Assembly: GCA_041242255.1 (NCBI GenBank)
Contig: JBESAV010000001.1
Coordinates: 576,001 to 640,000 of the forward strand
DNA from: Candidatus Altimarinota bacterium
Lineage (GTDB): Bacteria; Patescibacteriota; Gracilibacteria; UBA1369; GCA-2718715
Length of the DNA: 64,000 nt
Reading direction: 5' to 3'
The translations under genes were made by a program, and so were the position numbers. Under the pieces are notes generated by a model that saw nothing but the letters and a program-made list of their open reading frames with translations, did not search any database and had not been told where the DNA came from. This document shows, piece by piece, positions 61,898 through 64,000 of the stretch. Each line of letters begins with the position of its first letter. Position 1 is the stretch's first letter.

Positions 61898-62617
61898 ATG
61901 TCCAACCACAAAAAACCAAATTCACCTGACCACAGCCAATCAAGTGAAGATTTCTCTAGTGAAACTCACCCAAAAACACCAGATCAAAGAACTCAAAGAA
62001 GATTACCAAATAGAAAGGTGGACCAAGGCGGAGGAACATGGGTTGGAGGACCTAACCGAAGTACTACTACTCCTATTCCACAAAGAAGTAGCCTCGCCAA
62101 TAAAACTCTTGGTGGCTTAAGACATTTAGCCCAAGAGCTTGGTAAAGAAGAGCCAATCCTTTCAACACCAGAATTTGATTTATTTGATATTTCAGAACCA
62201 TCAAATGATCCAGTTGATGAAACTCAACTAATACCCGAAAACTACAAGAAAAGAATTCAAGCTATTTTAGATAATAATTATTACAAACCACTTCAAACAA
62301 ATACTGACCCAGAAACAGAATCGGTAATACCAGTGTTATATGACGTGGACAGCTACACAGCTTCACAAGTCCCTCATGCTCTTTTAGCTATCTCCCTAAT
62401 GCTTAACTATATCATAGAAGATATTGAAATATTCAAAGACTACAGTCAATTTGTTTCTTCACAGACTAACTACAAATTCAATACAAGCTACATTTTCCAT
62501 ATGGCATCCGAAGAAGAATCCGGTAAAGCTCTAATAAAACAAGTTTTCGATAACTTCCGATATCAAAACTCAGATTACGAAAACATTCAATACCTAAAAA
62601 AATCATCCAACAGCTAA
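61898..62617 (+). CDS. Hypothetical protein with disordered N-terminus
   Basis: 239-aa ORF; TTGACA element upstream. Confidence 0.6.
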   Translation: MSNHKKPNSPDHSQSSEDFSSETHPKTPDQRTQRRLPNRKVDQGGGTWVGGPNRSTTTPIPQRSSLANKTLGGLRHLAQELGKEEPILSTPEFDLFDISEPSNDPVDETQLIPENYKKRIQAILDNNYYKPLQTNTDPETESVIPVLYDVDSYTASQVPHALLAISLMLNYIIEDIEIFKDYSQFVSSQTNYKFNTSYIFHMASEEESGKALIKQVFDNFRYQNSDYENIQYLKKSSNS

Positions 62618-62630
62618 GCTGAATGATTTT

Positions 62631-62716
62631 TGGTACTCGGAGTGGGAATCGAACCCACACTCACTAGGTGAACAGGATTTTAAGTCCTGCGCGTCTACCA
62701 ATTCCGCCATCCGAGC
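62631..62716 (-). tRNA. tRNA-Leu(TAA)
   Basis: GCTCGGA/TCCGAGT acceptor stem, anticodon loop CTTAAAA, long variable arm, CCA. Confidence 0.97.
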
Positions 62717-62793
62717 AGAAACATCTAGAGGACAAGCCTGCTAAATGCACAGAGATATTACAAACCTTTTCCCAAAAACTCAAATCAAAATTT

Positions 62794-63372
62794 CTACTTC
62801 ACCGCCAAAGTCTTCAAAGCTTCCACCATTTCAGCAGATTGAGCCTCAGTATCAAGCTCATCAAAAGCTCCAGTTGCTAGCCAAGCTTCATTTTCAGCTA
62901 CCACCAAAGCTTGCAAGTAAACTAACACATCTCCTTCTAGTTTTCTTTTTCCAGTAAACTCTACCAACAATCCATTACTAACACTTCCATTTGCTACAGT
63001 AGTAAATCTTTCTCGACCAACTTCTTCAGCAATCAGCAGGGATTCTTCGTTATCTTCCCAAACCGACTCATATGTTTTTTCTAGGCCGCTACTCTCATCA
63101 ACTGAAAAACTCTCCACTACTATATTAGGTGTAAAAAAAGCATCCTTATCATCTTGAACTAAAACAAGCTTAGCACTGCTTTTGTATCTTTCCTGAACCA
63201 GCTCTCCATCCAGCAGGTCCCAATTTTTTGGATATTGCATCCTAAACTCTTCAGTATCATACAAATCATAACTCTCAATAGGTAACTCATTATAGCTTAC
63301 CAATGCCTCATCCGCTCCACCACATCCACTCAGAAAAACCACGCCTACTAATAAAGTCAAAAATTTTCTCAT
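62794..63372 (-). CDS. Lipoprotein (PsbP/DcrB-like)
   Basis: Lipobox FLSGC; FRMQYPKNW, PNIVV. Confidence 0.75.
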   Translation of the reverse strand: MRKFLTLLVGVVFLSGCGGADEALVSYNELPIESYDLYDTEEFRMQYPKNWDLLDGELVQERYKSSAKLVLVQDDKDAFFTPNIVVESFSVDESSGLEKTYESVWEDNEESLLIAEEVGRERFTTVANGSVSNGLLVEFTGKRKLEGDVLVYLQALVVAENEAWLATGAFDELDTEAQSAEMVEALKTLAVK

Positions 63373-63442
63373 TTCATAACATTAAAACACTCATATTATA
63401 CATGAGTAATACTCAATTTACAGAAAATCAAAGGCTCAACCT

Positions 63443-63604
63443 CTAAGCCAAACCTTTGATTCTATCCATCAAGTTTTCCGCTTGGTCATAGTCTTCACCT
63501 GCAACCGCCTCATTGTATTGTGCTCCAAGTAAAGAACTCTGAAAATTTTTATTGAGTTCGAAGTTATTATCACCCTCGAACACTATTCTGAAGTAAATAT
63601 CCAT
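63443..63604 (-). CDS. 53-aa stand-alone UVR (UvrB/UvrC motif) protein (not in ORF track)
   Basis: MDIYFRIVFEGDNNFELNKNFQSSLLGAQYNEAVAGEDYDQAENLMDRIKGLA; own promoter and a 3' hairpin with T tract. Confidence 0.75.
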   Translation of the reverse strand: MDIYFRIVFEGDNNFELNKNFQSSLLGAQYNEAVAGEDYDQAENLMDRIKGLA

Positions 63605-63618
63605 AAGGTAATATTAAA

Positions 63619-63645
63619 TTAGCACTCCAGATTATAGAGTGCTAA
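63619..63645. promoter_or_regulatory. CIRCE element (HrcA operator)
   Basis: Perfect TTAGCACTC-N9-GAGTGCTAA overlapping the minus-strand promoter TTGACG(63654-59)-N17-TATAAT(63631-36). Confidence 0.93.
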
Positions 63646-63669
63646 TTTGAATTCGTCAATATTTTAACT

Positions 63670-64000
63670 CTATCTACTTTCAATTATCTTATCTACCAAA
63701 CCATACTTTTTAGCAGCTTCAGCTGGCATGAAGTTATCTCTATCTGTGTCTTTCTCAACTTGAGAAATCTTCTGACCAGTGTGCTTAGCAATAATCCCAT
63801 TCAATCTATCTCTAGTCTTAAGAATGTGCTCAGCATGGATAGATATATCAGATGCTTGACCCTGAGCTCCACCAAGAGGTTGATGGATCATTACTTCAGC
63901 GTTTGGTAAGCAGTACCTCTTTCCGGCAGCACCACCACATAGAAGTACAGCTCCCATAGAAGCTGCAATCCCCATACAAACTGTAACTACATCGGGTTTA
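63670..64000 (-). CDS. clpP: ATP-dependent Clp protease proteolytic subunit (5' part outside window)
   Basis: [29 protein letters not shown]. Confidence 0.96.
   Translation of the reverse strand, partial: KPDVVTVCMGIAASMGAVLLCGGAAGKRYCLPNAEVMIHQPLGGAQGQASDISIHAEHILKTRDRLNGIIAKHTGQKISQVEKDTDRDNFMPAEAAKKYGLVDKIIESR

Noticed and set aside
60964-62880. ORFs 60964-61185, 61693-61911, 62478-62660 and 62668-62880
   Set aside because: They are translations across tRNA genes or opposite real genes.

Overview
AT-rich bacterial chromosome segment, standard code 11, most consistent with a Patescibacteria (CPR) genome. That assignment is inferred from the sigma70-r4/HARE-HTH gene, the orphan VirB4-like ATPase, many SLH surface proteins and few Shine-Dalgarno sites. 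The backbone carries housekeeping genes (gyrA, gyrB, ruvA, tgt, rpmE, rpsU, prmC, prfA, radA, lgt, pepP, trhO, msrAB, clpP) and five tRNAs (Leu-GAG, Val-TAC, Trp-CCA, Cys-GCA, Leu-TAA). The main result is a pair of related integrative elements at tRNA 3' ends: one at tRNA-Leu with an intact large serine recombinase (<1-5290) and a decayed one at tRNA-Trp (57923-60999). Both carry the same ~130-nt covarying, switch-like structured leader RNA in front of unrelated cargo genes. Their att site appears to lie inside the recombinase gene, since an in-frame C-terminal fragment sits at the far end of the Trp element. Other notable items are a CIRCE-controlled 53-aa stand-alone UVR microprotein next to clpP, an ABC-F gene with a uORF attenuator flanked by exact 75-bp direct repeats, a degenerate RelA/SpoT-like protein, and surface proteins sharing a C-terminal anchor. 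All calls were made by eye; no database searches were run.
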